Shown one piece after another: positions 1 to 11,908 of a stretch of 64,000 bases of DNA. The DNA comes from Antedon mediterranea. Taxonomy: Eukaryota > Animalia > Echinodermata. The stretch covers positions 9,734,001 through 9,798,000 of the forward strand of contig NC_092674.1 in assembly GCF_964355755.1 (NCBI RefSeq). Direction: 5' to 3'. The translations under genes and the position numbers were made by a program. Position 1 is the first letter of the stretch; the number at the start of each line of letters is the position of its first letter. The notes below the pieces were generated by a model, which saw only the letters and a program-made list of their open reading frames with translations, searched no databases and was not told the origin of the DNA.

Positions 1-94
1 GTAGTATAAAGTGAATGTTCATTGTACTCTAATAATATTCCGATTCCTAGAAATTGCCAACATTATGAGCTATTTGGCAATAGTGTCAGTAATC

Positions 95-450
95 TAACAT
101 TAATGTAATGCGACATTTATATAGCCCTATTTCATGAAGATCAGAGCGCTGTGGACTTAGATGTTACACCTTTTCAACAACATTCTTCTCCCCTAAGGGT
201 CACATCGTGTCATCGGCAGCCAACTACGGCGCCATTACGTCTGTCCACGACAGTGTGCATGTGAACTAGTACACCGGGGTAACCCCCTACTCGAAAGATG
301 TACTAGGTTCTTCAAAACACTGCAGGACCTACGGTTTATAGTCCTTATCCGAAAAGACTGGAACCATGGAGTGAGTGAGCCTCGAACCCTTGCCGATGTT
401 ATGGCTATGGATTACGGTTCCACTGTCTTAACCGCTCAGCCACTCACTCA
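95..450 (-). mobile_element. tRNA-derived SINE with Deu/Nin-type core, L2-like tail
   Basis: Reverse complement matches the copy at 52905 (A-box TGGCTGAGCGG, B-box GGTTCGAGGC, core GGATAAGGACTATAAACCGTAGGTCC...GAGTAGGGGGTTACCCCGGTG); tail ends GGGCTATATAAAT. Confidence 0.75.
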
Positions 451-703
451 GTACAGTACAGATTATAATGTTACGGTAACAGTTCAAATATAAGGAATCC
501 AGATTTTCCCAATGTAAACTTTATATTGGTTCAACTATTTCATAGTAATGTTGTAATGTGGACACACATCCTACGTACTTATAGCTGTACTTTTCCCAAA
601 TTAAAAATATGATTCATAACAATCCAGTTATATTTTCATTATTAAAATTAATTTAGTAATTCCTGATTTTATTAACTTTTGCAGACTGAAAACAAACAGT
701 AAA

Positions 704-3700
704 ATGGAAAACGCTGAAGAGAAATTTCGGCAATTGAAATCGGATCTCAGTAGACACTATGAAAAGGAAAAATACAGATGGTTAAGATTCTGTCTCTTTG
801 ATAACCTAGACATAGGGGACATTACAGACCCACGTTTTATAGGAATGTTCTTATTCAATAGACTCCACGAAGAAGGTAAAATCACGCCGCAGAATGTCAG
901 TCTTCTATTAGATATTGCTAAGGTAACACGCTTAAAGCATGCTGAAGATCTGGTACTTCAGTACATGAAGGATAACAATATTCAAAACACTGTAAACATT
1001 TTATTCCCATACCGAAAAAAACTGTTTCGGGCATTGAAACAAAGTGAACAACTTGATTTACAAAGAGTTATTTCTCATTATGATTTACCTACTGAAACGC
1101 CAAATATTTGGGATGCAGTTTTACAATTAGAAATCGACAGAGATTTGGATGATAATCCAGAAAAAATCAAAATATTTGCAAGTCTAGTTGGGAAACGGTC
1201 ACAGGAAGAACTTTACGGTATGTAGGCCTATGTTTTTACATTTAGTTGACCACTGATTAAGGATTCTAATAGTCACAAATCTGATCATAATTAAAGATTT
1301 AGGTTGGATGTATTTGAAGTACTGTATGACTAGCAATCATTCTGCATTAATTTTTTTATTCATTTTTGTTTAGTATTTCATTTTTTTGTTAAATAACATT
1401 ATAGGCCTATTGATATCAATCGAACAATATACAATAAAAAGCCAAGTGGCATTCTCTCTAGATAGAACTAATATGTGCGGTATAATCAATACTTTTATTA
1501 ATGAATATATTTATAAAGTCTACACTCATTCAAGGCAATGTTGCGATGGGGTTCATGGTTGATCCATCCCCGAGAGCAGGCTAGTTTCCTCCTGGACATT
1601 CCCCTCACCAACAGCATTTTATTTTATCATTATTCAAACACATTTAAAGTTGTTTTTCAAGATTAGGTCCTAATACTGTGTTTATAAAACTCTTCATTTA
1701 ACGCCACTGTCTCAATTTGTTTATGATTTTTTTCTCAATAATAACTATATTTACGTTACAGCTTTTACATTCTATTGTTGTTTAAATTAAATATTTCTTA
1801 TATAATTTTTTAATTTACGTAATATCTACATAATCTATACAGTAATCCTTAAAATAGCAATGAAAAGGAACGGTATGAACTGGTTGTTTAAATTATACAA
1901 ATTAGAGGTATCTTTGAAGTTTTCATTCATTATCTTGCTATTAGGCCTAATGAGAAGTTTAACCAACCGTTGACTTACTTAAAGGAAGGTAGTAGGATCG
2001 ATCTGAATTATCATCGATCAATGAAACAGCCATAATATTTTAATAAATAAACCAATGAGAACATCATAAATTCAGCAATAGGTTGATTCCATTTTGTCAA
2101 TAAACTGTAAATCAAACAATCACCTAGAACATAGAGTAAATGCTAAAACTAATATTTCTACGAAGAATTTTTAAATTGTTTTTCTAGCTTTAGGTGCGGA
2201 ATTGACTGAAACAAAAATGGAGCTGTCCTCTTGTAAAGGAGGAAACAAACTATCACCAACCGATGAAGGTAAGTGTAGGCCTACACACAAAATATTATGA
2301 AATATTTTACGCAAAAACGAATAATTGGAGACATTATGTCACTATCTTTTAAACTATGCGGCGTATTTCAAATAAGGAAAGAAAAATATTCTCCTAAATC
2401 CGATTTGAATATTAACACAACTAACAGTAAGGCAACTCAACTGTCACATGCTTAAATTGACGTCACCTTAGATGAAGATTAAAATTAAATTACCGTATTT
2501 ATTCGAATAAACGCCGCGCTTTGAATAAACCCTCGAATAAACGCCCTCGGTGCCTTTATTTATTTTGCATCATGCACAATATTGTATTACAACACATTTC
2601 TATTTTTAGTAGAATTCATTGATTGCATGACATGATCAACAATTTACCAATCATTTTGATATTTAATCATTTCTCGATATTCATTGTGTTATATTTTTTC
2701 ATATCTATGTGGTATTTATTTGATTATACATGTTACCATTACACCCAAAAAACGTAATGCCTTCCCCGAATAAACGCCTTCCTAAAAACACTCTTGAACA
2801 ATAAATGTCCCGGTAATTTGACTTTTGAAATGTAAAACTACAATAGCAAAGCAAAATCTATCATGCTTCGATTGTAAGCGCTGTTAGACTTTTTGGTAAA
2901 GGTCGAGCGCCTCTAATATTCATATTATTAAGAACTCGTATTCATATCATAACAATTGATGTTGATTTTATTCACCAGCTATCAAGACATTTCTGAAAGA
3001 ACAACAAAAAGGTTCATATAAAGCTATGAACCTAATGGAATCGGTGGTTTTCGGTGAACAATACAAAGTTGATATTGCAGACGTATTTACCGATCTCACT
3101 TTACTTCAATCTACAAAAGAAAAACCGGTTGATCATGCAACGAGACGAAAGGAAACTAAACCTACAAGTTTGGAAGATGTATTGCAGATTATTAAACCTA
3201 AAAGTTCATGTAAAGTTCTAATAACAGGTAAAGGGGGGATGGGGAAGACAACCCTTTTCAGGTACATAACATATAACTGGGCTAATGATAATGATGATAC
3301 ATTTTCTAGCAAAGTATTGTTTCTACTAAATATTAGAGACATAGAGACAGGAAAGACGATCATAGATAGTATTGTTGATCAAATAAATCTTGTTAAATTT
3401 GCTAATGGTATGAAAAAAATATCAAAACAAAACCCTAAAGAATTAATTGAAACTTTCATAATAGAAAATGAAGATGAAATAGTTTTGCTATTAGATGGAT
3501 TAGATGAGTTAGAACAAGGTTCTGAAGAAAGACTACAGTTGTTGAAATTCGGCTCAAATTACAAGACTACCACATTAATAACATCACGACCTGAAAATAT
3601 TACAACGTTTGTTGAAAGCTGTGATGTTCATGTTGAAGTTAATGGATTCAGTAAAAAAAGTGTGAATAAATATATTAGGAAATACTTCAATAAAAAGCAT

Positions 3701-6700
3701 AAATTAGGAGAAAATTTAATTAGTGAATTAAAATTAAATTTGTATCATTTGGATTCTAATAATTTTTATACAAAAGCAATAGGCCTAATTGAACTCTGTT
3801 CTTCTCCTTTGCTATTACTTATGATTTGTAGCATATGGGAAGAATCCGGAGACCTTCCGATTTACCTTTTAGATCTTTTCAAGGAATTAATTTGCTGCAC
3901 TATAAATCAATTTCTATCCAAAGGATCTAGTGGGGTAAACAGAACCAGAATCGCAAATTTTGACAGAATTCCAATTAAATATAAAACTGCACTACTAGCA
4001 TTAGGCCAATGCATGTATGAAGGATTAAAGACGAATGTATTGATAATCGACAAATATGAGTTCACAAACTTGTTTGAGGATGAATCAATAGTAGACTTGG
4101 CACTGAAAATTGGATTTGTTTACAAAAAGCCACCTCTCAGTAAAAGAGATAGAAAGGAGTTGTTTGCTCCTCCACACAAGCTAGTTTCAGAGGCATTAAC
4201 GGGGTTTTACCTTGCCGATAAGTGTCAGTCAGGTGATTTGAAAGAGGAAGAGTGTGAAATGATAAGGTCAAATACATACCTACATATGACAATAATATTT
4301 ACTATAGGGTTTCTAGGAGCTGGTGCTGGTAGACTTATGAAACATTGGTTAAAAGTGAAAGCTTCAAGCTTGTATTCACTAGCAAAGTATTTCAGATATG
4401 TCAAGGAACAACATGAAGATTCTGTAATAGAGGAATTAGATGCAACACTATTAAATGTTGATAAAGAAGTCAAAGAAACATTTTCAGATATGTCTGAGTC
4501 ATTTAGAAATTTTCTATCTATTGATGCAAACAAAACGCAAAAATATAAAAATGAGCATTTGGTACAACTTATGAGCAGATATCAGGTCAAGTGCGATTAT
4601 CAATATCAATATTTAGACGTATTTCTGAGTTCTATATTATCAAAGCTTATACAAACAAAAGCTATAAAACCGACAGAAAAATTTTGTGCTATGCTAGTTC
4701 ATTTATTTATAATCGCACATGGAGTAATGAAGGATAAAGATACGGCGTACTTCTTTATGGATGATGTGTTGTTTCAATTTCATTCATTGGTAAAAGACGA
4801 AGCAATTGATATCCTTTCAGTAGTAATGGACAATTTTCAATTTCAATACAACTTTGCCAAGGTTTCATTTCATAAATCATATAGTCTAAAATTCATGATT
4901 CATTTGTTGAAATATTCTTCTAAAAACCTGATATATCTTAAGTTTCCGTCTGACAGTGTTAAGTTGAGAAAACTTCTTGTTGATAATATTTTACCACATG
5001 ATCTACACCTTGGGCTAGAAGCTACTGATTTAAGTGATATTGATACGGATTTACTTTTTAAGTTGGTAAATCACACTTCCGATTTCAAATTTACTGCATA
5101 TAACCTGACAGTTGATCATCTCAGTTGTCTTGTAGATGTTTGTTACGAACAAGATATGATATTGACATGGAAAAGGTTAAATCTAAGTGGTCTTTACCTA
5201 TCGTCATTTGAAGTATCGAAATTAGCTTATTTAATAACATTCTCTCCAAAATTACAGAATCTTGATATGAATAATTGCCATCTCTCTGGTAATATCATAA
5301 AAGATTTATTGCGTGAATGTGATAAAAACAATGTCGTATTGAAACGTAACATGTTTAATCTAATGGGAAATGATCTTTCCAATATCGATGGTGTTTCACT
5401 CTTTAGGTTGGTGAATCTAACTTATGTAGATAAAAGATATGTAGATAAAGACACTTATAATTGGCATGATTATAGCCTATCTATTGATAACCTCAACGGG
5501 CTCATAGATGCCTATATGCACGGAAACTATAGGTTATTAACATGGAAAATGTTGAATTTAAGTGAGCTCAACCTATCTTCAATCGAAGGATCAAAATTAG
5601 CTTATTTATTATTCTCTTCAAAACTTGAAAAAATCGACATGAGGTATTGCCAACTTTCAGGTAGTATTATAAAAGATTTATTGAATGAATGTGATAAAAA
5701 CAATGTGGTATTGAAACCTGGTATGCTTGATCTACGTGAAAACAATCTTTCGGATATTGATGGTGTTACGCTTTTTAAGTTGGTGACCATAAATAGTTAT
5801 AGTTATTACACTTTCGATTGGCATGATTATAACCTTTCCATTGATAACCTACAAAGTCTTTTAGATATCTGTTGTGAACATTGTAAGGTATTGACCTGGA
5901 AAAGTTTGAGTATACGTGGGCTCAACCTATCTTCATTTGGAGGGTCAAAAATAGCTTGTTTATTACAATTGTCTCCACAACTAAACTATCTTGATATGAA
6001 AAATTGCCAAATTTCAGGTAGTATTATAAAAGATTTTTTGAATGAATGTGATACAAACAAAGTGGCATTGAAACCTAAAATGTTTGATTTAAAGGGAAAC
6101 AATCTTTCACATATTGATGGTGTTACACTTCTTAAGTTGGTGAATCTAATTAGGAATAATAACACAAACACTTTTGATTGGCATGAGTATAACCTGTCCA
6201 TTGATAACCTACAAAGTCTTTTAGATACCGGTTGTGAACATGGTAAAGTATTGACATGGAAAAAGTTGAGTATACGTGGGCTCAACCTATCTTCATTTGG
6301 AGGGTCAAAAATAGCTTGTTTATTACAATTGTCTCCACAACTTAACCATCTTGATATGAAAAATTGCCAAATTTCAGGAAGTATTTTAACAAATTTGTTG
6401 AATGAATGTGATAAAAACAAAGTGGCATTAAAAACTGAAATGTTTGATCTAAAGGGAAACAATCTTTCCGATATTGATGTTTCATGCTTGGTAAATATAA
6501 TTCATTGTGTTGACTCCACTTTTAAATGGTGTAAATATAGCCTTGTTGACAAGCTGATGTGTCTTGCAGACGCCTGTTCCGAACATGGTAGGATATTAAA
6601 ATGGAAAAATGTGAATTTAAGTGGGATTCGCCTATCTTCAATTGGCATGAACAAATTAGCGTGTTTAATAAAATCTTCTCCACAACTGACAGATCTTGAC

Positions 6701-7951
6701 ATAAGTGAATGTCACCTGTCAGGTAGTATCTTAAAAGAGCTACTTAATTAATGCGATAAAAACAATGTGGTACTAAAATCTGGTATGCTTAATCTAAAGG
6801 GAAACGATCTTTCCGATGCTGATTGTGTTTTACTTTTTAGGTTGGTGGATCTAGGAAGTTCTAGATGGTATCCAGATTTTAAATGGTGTGATTATTACCT
6901 GTCAGTTGATCAGCTAATAAGTCTTACTGATTGTTGTTATGAACATGGTTGGATATTGTATTGGAAAACATTAAACTTAAGTGGGGTTGATCTATCATTA
7001 TTTGAAGTATCAAAATTAGTTTGCTTATTAAAGCTCTCTCCAAAATTACAAGAACTTGATATGAGCAATTGTAATCTTTCTGGTAGTATCATAACAGATT
7101 TATTGAATGAATGTGATAAAAATGGGCATACTGTCAAACATAGGATGCTTCTTAATGGAAACAATCTTTCAGGTATTGACATTGATGTATGTTTTCGCTT
7201 GGTAAATCTCCATGAGGTTTTTAAATGGCATGACAATAACCTGTCCATTGATCACTTAAACAGTCTTGTAGATTCCTGTTATCAACAGGGTAGGGTGTTG
7301 AGATGGAACATATTGGATTTAAGTGGGTGCAACCTAGCTTCAATTGAAGGATCAACATTAGCTTGTTTATTGAAATTATCTTCACAACTACAACTTCTTG
7401 ATATGCGTAATTGCCATCTCTCTAGTAGTATTTTTAAAGAATTATTGATAGAATGTGATAAAAACAATGTGGTATTAAAACCCGATATGCCTATGCTCCG
7501 TCTAAAGGAAAATAATCTTTCGGATATTGATGGCGTTACGCTTTTAAGGTTGGTGCATTTTTGCAGTTTTAGCAACCGTTATAAGTACAATTTTGAATGG
7601 CGTGATTATAGCCTGTCAGGTGATAATCTAAGAGATCTTGTAGATACCTGTAATAAATATGGTAGGAATTTGACATGGAAGAGGTTAAATTTAAGTGGGT
7701 GTAACCTAGCTTCAATTGAAGGATCAACATTAGCTTGTTTACTAAAATTTTCTCCACGACTAGAGCGTCTTAATTTGTCCAATTGCAATCTTTCAGGTGG
7801 TATTATTTTGTATGTACTGAATCTATGTGAAAGGAATGGAGTAGTATTAAAAAGTAATATGCTAAATCTGATTGGTAATGACCTTTCAGATATCAAAGAT
7901 GAAATATCAGTTGCTAAATTAAAATGGGTACAGAGTAATGATGAAAGCTGA
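704..7951 (+). CDS. NLR-family innate immune receptor: tandem death-effector-like domains + NACHT + LRR super-repeats; interrupted by one in-frame TAA at 6749-6751 (truncated allele or young pseudogene)
   Basis: Exons 704-1217, 2188-2268, 2979-7951 join in frame through phase-1 GT-AG introns (about 1855 aa if read through, about 1455 aa to the TAA). Exon 1 gives two helical DED-like units. NACHT motifs: Walker A GKGGMGKT, Walker B LLLLDGLDE, sensor-1 LITSRP, CSSPLLL, winged-helix PHKLVSE. LxxLxLxxNxL/LDMxNCxLS LRRs start near 5030. ORFs 3026-6751 and 6767-7951 share one frame. Confidence 0.9.
2493..2815. mobile_element. Degenerate Tc1/mariner(pogo)-type MITE remnant
   Basis: TA-CCGTATTT start, repeated GAATAAACGCC motifs, CGGTA end; the inverted repeats are poorly preserved. 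Confidence 0.35.
5026..7920 (+). repeat. Coding LRR super-repeat: eight modules of 342-375 nt (about 4 LRR turns each) in a single exon
   Basis: The Trp of the L[T/K/Y/R]W[K/N] motif recurs at 5168, 5543, 5897, 6257, 6602, 6962, 7304 and 7676; a degenerate half-module precedes the first and the last module is truncated. Confidence 0.9.
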
Positions 7952-8493
7952 GAGATGTAGAAATCTCAAGATGTTCTATCGGATTTACGGCTCATACGGT
8001 ATACTACTCTATTTCTAAATTTCAACAGGTCATAAAAAGTCACCTCAAATAATGTTGATAGGCAGTGACATTATTATAACAACTTGAACTGAGTTTAAAT
8101 TTGAAGATTGTCAACAAAAAGAGGTAAAGATTCCTCAAGTGTTTTTTGTTTGTTGCTAGTGTGTAAATCATATAAATGATACAGTATTTTCATAACATGA
8201 CAGTTGTAATAGTTTAATTTAATAGTCGATGTACTTCCACAACCTGCATCTTTAACGTTGGTGCAAATTTATATTTTAAGTTGTTTTTGTGGAAAATGCT
8301 ATTGTTAATTTCCTGGTGAAATGTTTTATTCTATTTTTGGACTATCCGAAATAAAGGAAATGAATGAATGAATAACCATTTTTTATTTGTAGATAACATG
8401 TTAAGTATATCATAAAATGAAACATATGCTACTATATTTCAATTATTCCTTTTTAATGTTAAAATTTAGTTAGTTATAGGTATTTGTAGTTAA

Positions 8494-9032
8494 AGATGTA
8501 TTGTCCCTTGAAACACAAAAAATGAAAAAAAAAATATTCCAAATATAAATTGGCCATATCAAAGTAATATTAAAGTTATTCACTTTAAGTCGAAAATTCG
8601 AGGCAAAAACAACAAGTTTACGTAATTAAAACAGGTAAATTAATTTGATTACATTTCGTCTGGAAAATCGTCACAAGCGAAAGTAAACAAAGATTAGTAT
8701 GCATTATGCATGATGCTAATTAGGATTGTTTGCAACTCGTCGCGGTTTGGGAAGGTGTTTTCACACAGATCACGAAGAAGTTTTATGATTATGCATACAG
8801 AGTAGCCAAACAAGCGCGTTGCATTATGAGATATGTTTTGATAGAAAACTTTGACTGGAAGTCAAAGTTATTATTTGAACAAAAAAACGTCTGTATTTCG
8901 GTTAAATTATTTTTTTTTTGACTAATTTTTGGTGAAAGTTAATAACTATTATGATACTTCAAAATGACCCACTTTTTTCCGAAATATAAAAAAAAAAGTT
9001 TTTGTTGAATTAGTCAAAGGGACAATACATCT
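8494..9032. mobile_element. Non-autonomous Kolobok-type DNA transposon (MITE)
   Basis: TTAA|AGATGTATTGTCCCTT ... AAGGGACAATACATCT|TTAA: perfect TIR, TTAA target duplication, AG...CT termini. Confidence 0.8.
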
Positions 9033-10424
9033 TTAAATATCGGTAAATTATGTTAGTTTACAATTAAATCATGTTTTGTATTATTTTGAAGAGATTATTA
9101 AAATGGATGAAACATAAGAATATTAATAAGAATTGTTTCGTTTGTTGTAACTTTCATTTTTTAAATCATACCATACTGTAAATTCATAATTTGATTCATG
9201 ATGTTTCAATTATGAATAATGACTACTACAAGATACATACTAAAAAATTCTTGTTTTCAGAGTCGTTTTATTTGCTAATTTGTTCATTTTATTTTCATTG
9301 TCAATATTATACCATTTTTCTACTTTCATCGCCATTTTTCATCTACCTCATCACTAACATAACACCATCACTTTATATTATTCTTTCAATTTCATCTTGA
9401 CCATTTCAACATCTTCATTACCATTATCATTTTAGGCCCTATTTTTTTCTTCTTCTTGATTATAAACAATTTCATCTTTGCCATTTTACCCATCATCAAA
9501 AGCGCGGGAACTGAAGGTATGGAAGATTCATTTAACTGAAATCAGTTAAAGTAAAACTAAATCTAAATGAATTCCATTTTTTTACGTTGTGACAAATGTA
9601 TTATTGATATACATGTATATTTGTGTCTTGTAAACAAAAACAACATATTCATAATGTACAGTAGGATAATGAAAACAATTTATTACAACTTTTTTTAACA
9701 GCACTTTTTAGAATGGTGGGAATACCATAACACTATGGTAACAATCGAATAAGAGCAATTCAGCCAACTAAAATAAAAATTACAACTTTCGAAGCTCCTT
9801 TCTTAAGCCCAAGGGACTTCAACATACAGCCATAGCATATCAAATCTGCATTGACACCCTATATCTTTCGGCATGTGTCAGAATCTTGCAGTGCCTATGA
9901 AGCGTGATTCTCACTTGGAAGCAACACAAGCCCACACCGTCCTAGTAGGAACCAAGCTTAAATGATAGTCAAGGCATACCGATTGTACAGATGGTCGTAA
10001 GTATGCTGTTGCATAATTTAAATGACGTAACCCTTGCACCATAACTTCGCGGTGGGAAATACAGTATATCTACATAATAGCAACTTGCTCACAAGAAAGA
10101 AAAAACGGATCCAGTTATTGATAATTCAATTCTGAATATAACTATATACTGTACACCAATAGTGTATAACGATTTAAAAAATATACATTTAAAAAAAATA
10201 AAACATATGTGCGTTCAACTGTCAATTAGCATATAGCTACAATTTAGTGGCGATAGGCATATGCTTACAACACCTAATATACCTTGTAGCTTTATTGAAT
10301 AGAACAGCCCAAGTGCAAGAAAACTTAAAAGTGAATGAATACAGTGCTAGTAAGAAAAATTAGGATAACAAAATACATGAGATTCAGAGATTTAAGCACA
10401 CTAATGCAAGGTATTAATGATGTA

Positions 10425-11401
10425 CAGTAGTGAGGGTACACGTTCAGGACACCGTGAATAGGGGTTGGTTGCAGTGTTAAAATAAATATTTCCCCCTCAT
10501 TTGTTTCACAGGAAAGTGTCGCCTTAATAGGTGTGTCCCGTGAATAGGGGTTGGTTGTAGTGTTAAAATAAATATTTCCCCCTTATTTGTTTCACAGGAA
10601 AGTGTCACCTTTAATATGTGTGTCCCCTGAATAGGGGTTGGTTGCAGTGTTAAAATAAATATTTCCCCCTCATTTGTTTCACAGGAAAGTGTCACCTTAA
10701 TAGGTGTGTCCCGTGAATAGGGGTTGGTTGTAGTGTTAAAATAAATATTGCCTCCTCATTTGTTTCACAGAAAAGTGTCGCCTTAATAGGTGTGTCCCCT
10801 GAATAAGGGTTGGTTGTAGTGTTAAAATATATTTTCCCTCATTTGTTTCACAGGAAAGTGCTTAATGTGGATGTCCCCTGAATAAGGGTTAGTTGTAGTG
10901 TTAAAATAAATATTTCCCCCTCATTTGTTTCACAGGAAAGTGTCACCTTAATAGGTGTGTCCCGTGAATAGGGGTTGGTTGCAGTGTTAAAATAAATATT
11001 TCCCCCTCATTTGTTTCACAGAAAAGTGTCACCTTAATAGGTGTGTCCCGTGAATAGGGGTTGGTTGTAGTGTTAAAATAAATATTGCCCCCTCATTTGT
11101 TTCACAGAAAAGTGTCGCCTTAATAGGTGTGTCCCCTGAATAAGGGTTGGTTGTAGTGTTAAAATATATTTTCCCTCATTTGTTTCACAGGAAAGTGCTT
11201 AATGTGGATGTCCCCTGAATAAGGGTTAGTTGTAGTGTTAAAATAAATATTGCCCCCTCATTTGTTTTACAGGAATGTGTCACCTTAATATGTGTGTCCC
11301 CTGAATAGAGTTTGGTTGTAGTGTTTAAATATATTATCCCTCATTTGTTTCACAGGAGGGTGTCCCCTGAATAGGGGTTTTTGAAAGGAGGGCTTCTACT
11401 G
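10425..11401. mobile_element. Tc1/mariner-type MITE carrying an internal ~86-bp tandem array (about 11 copies)
   Basis: TA|CAGTAG ... CTACTG|TA ends. Units start at 10456, 10542, 10629, 10715, 10801, 10880, 10966, 11052, 11138, 11217, 11303. Single-unit relatives near 23270-23390, 30580-30725 and 59632-59776. Confidence 0.7.
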
Positions 11402-11908
11402 TAGTTTTTATTTTTTAAATATTTTACATCTCTTAGCTTAAAATCTGAACTACAGTCAGCTCTGGATAAGATTGAAAGCTAATTACCGAATATGGCCGAG
11501 TATAACCCCATGCTCGCATATACAGGTAATCCAACCCCCTAATTTAGGCTAAATTACCAAATCCACTGTTAATCCTCTGGGACTATAATCGGTCATATGC
11601 GGTATGTCTTTATATAATTTTTCTGTATTTTCATGCATTATATTATAAAAAATAATTTGCATTCATTTTAATTTGCCACACACTTCTTTGTACAGCTGTT
11701 CTATAGACAGGAATAAAAAACAGGCAGGAAAACTTGGTTTATTTATACTAAAACAAGGCTCTATCATTGGAAAGGTGTTTTAATTGTCTTTTCTGCTGGT
11801 AGCAAATCAGAGCATCTTGACTTCAGCTTTGCTATTCAGTTTCTTATCAAGCTGGTCAAATCAAACCACAAGCTCAAAGTGCCTTTGAAATTACTTTGAG
11901 TTGAGTCT

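Noticed and set aside
6749-6760. Programmed readthrough or selenocysteine recoding at the NLR internal stop
   Set aside because: The codon is TAA, not TGA; the 3' context is not a CAR-YYA or CUAG type; sister modules have GAA, so a point mutation or error is simpler.
5602-7896. Recurrent antisense ORFs across the LRR region
   Set aside because: Shadows of the repeated sense-strand coding sequence; no independent protein signal.
10456-11370. Regularly spaced repeats as a possible CRISPR array (also 28845-29533, 37030-37692, 61295-61605)
   Set aside because: Head-to-tail tandem units without unique spacers, no cas genes, eukaryotic context.
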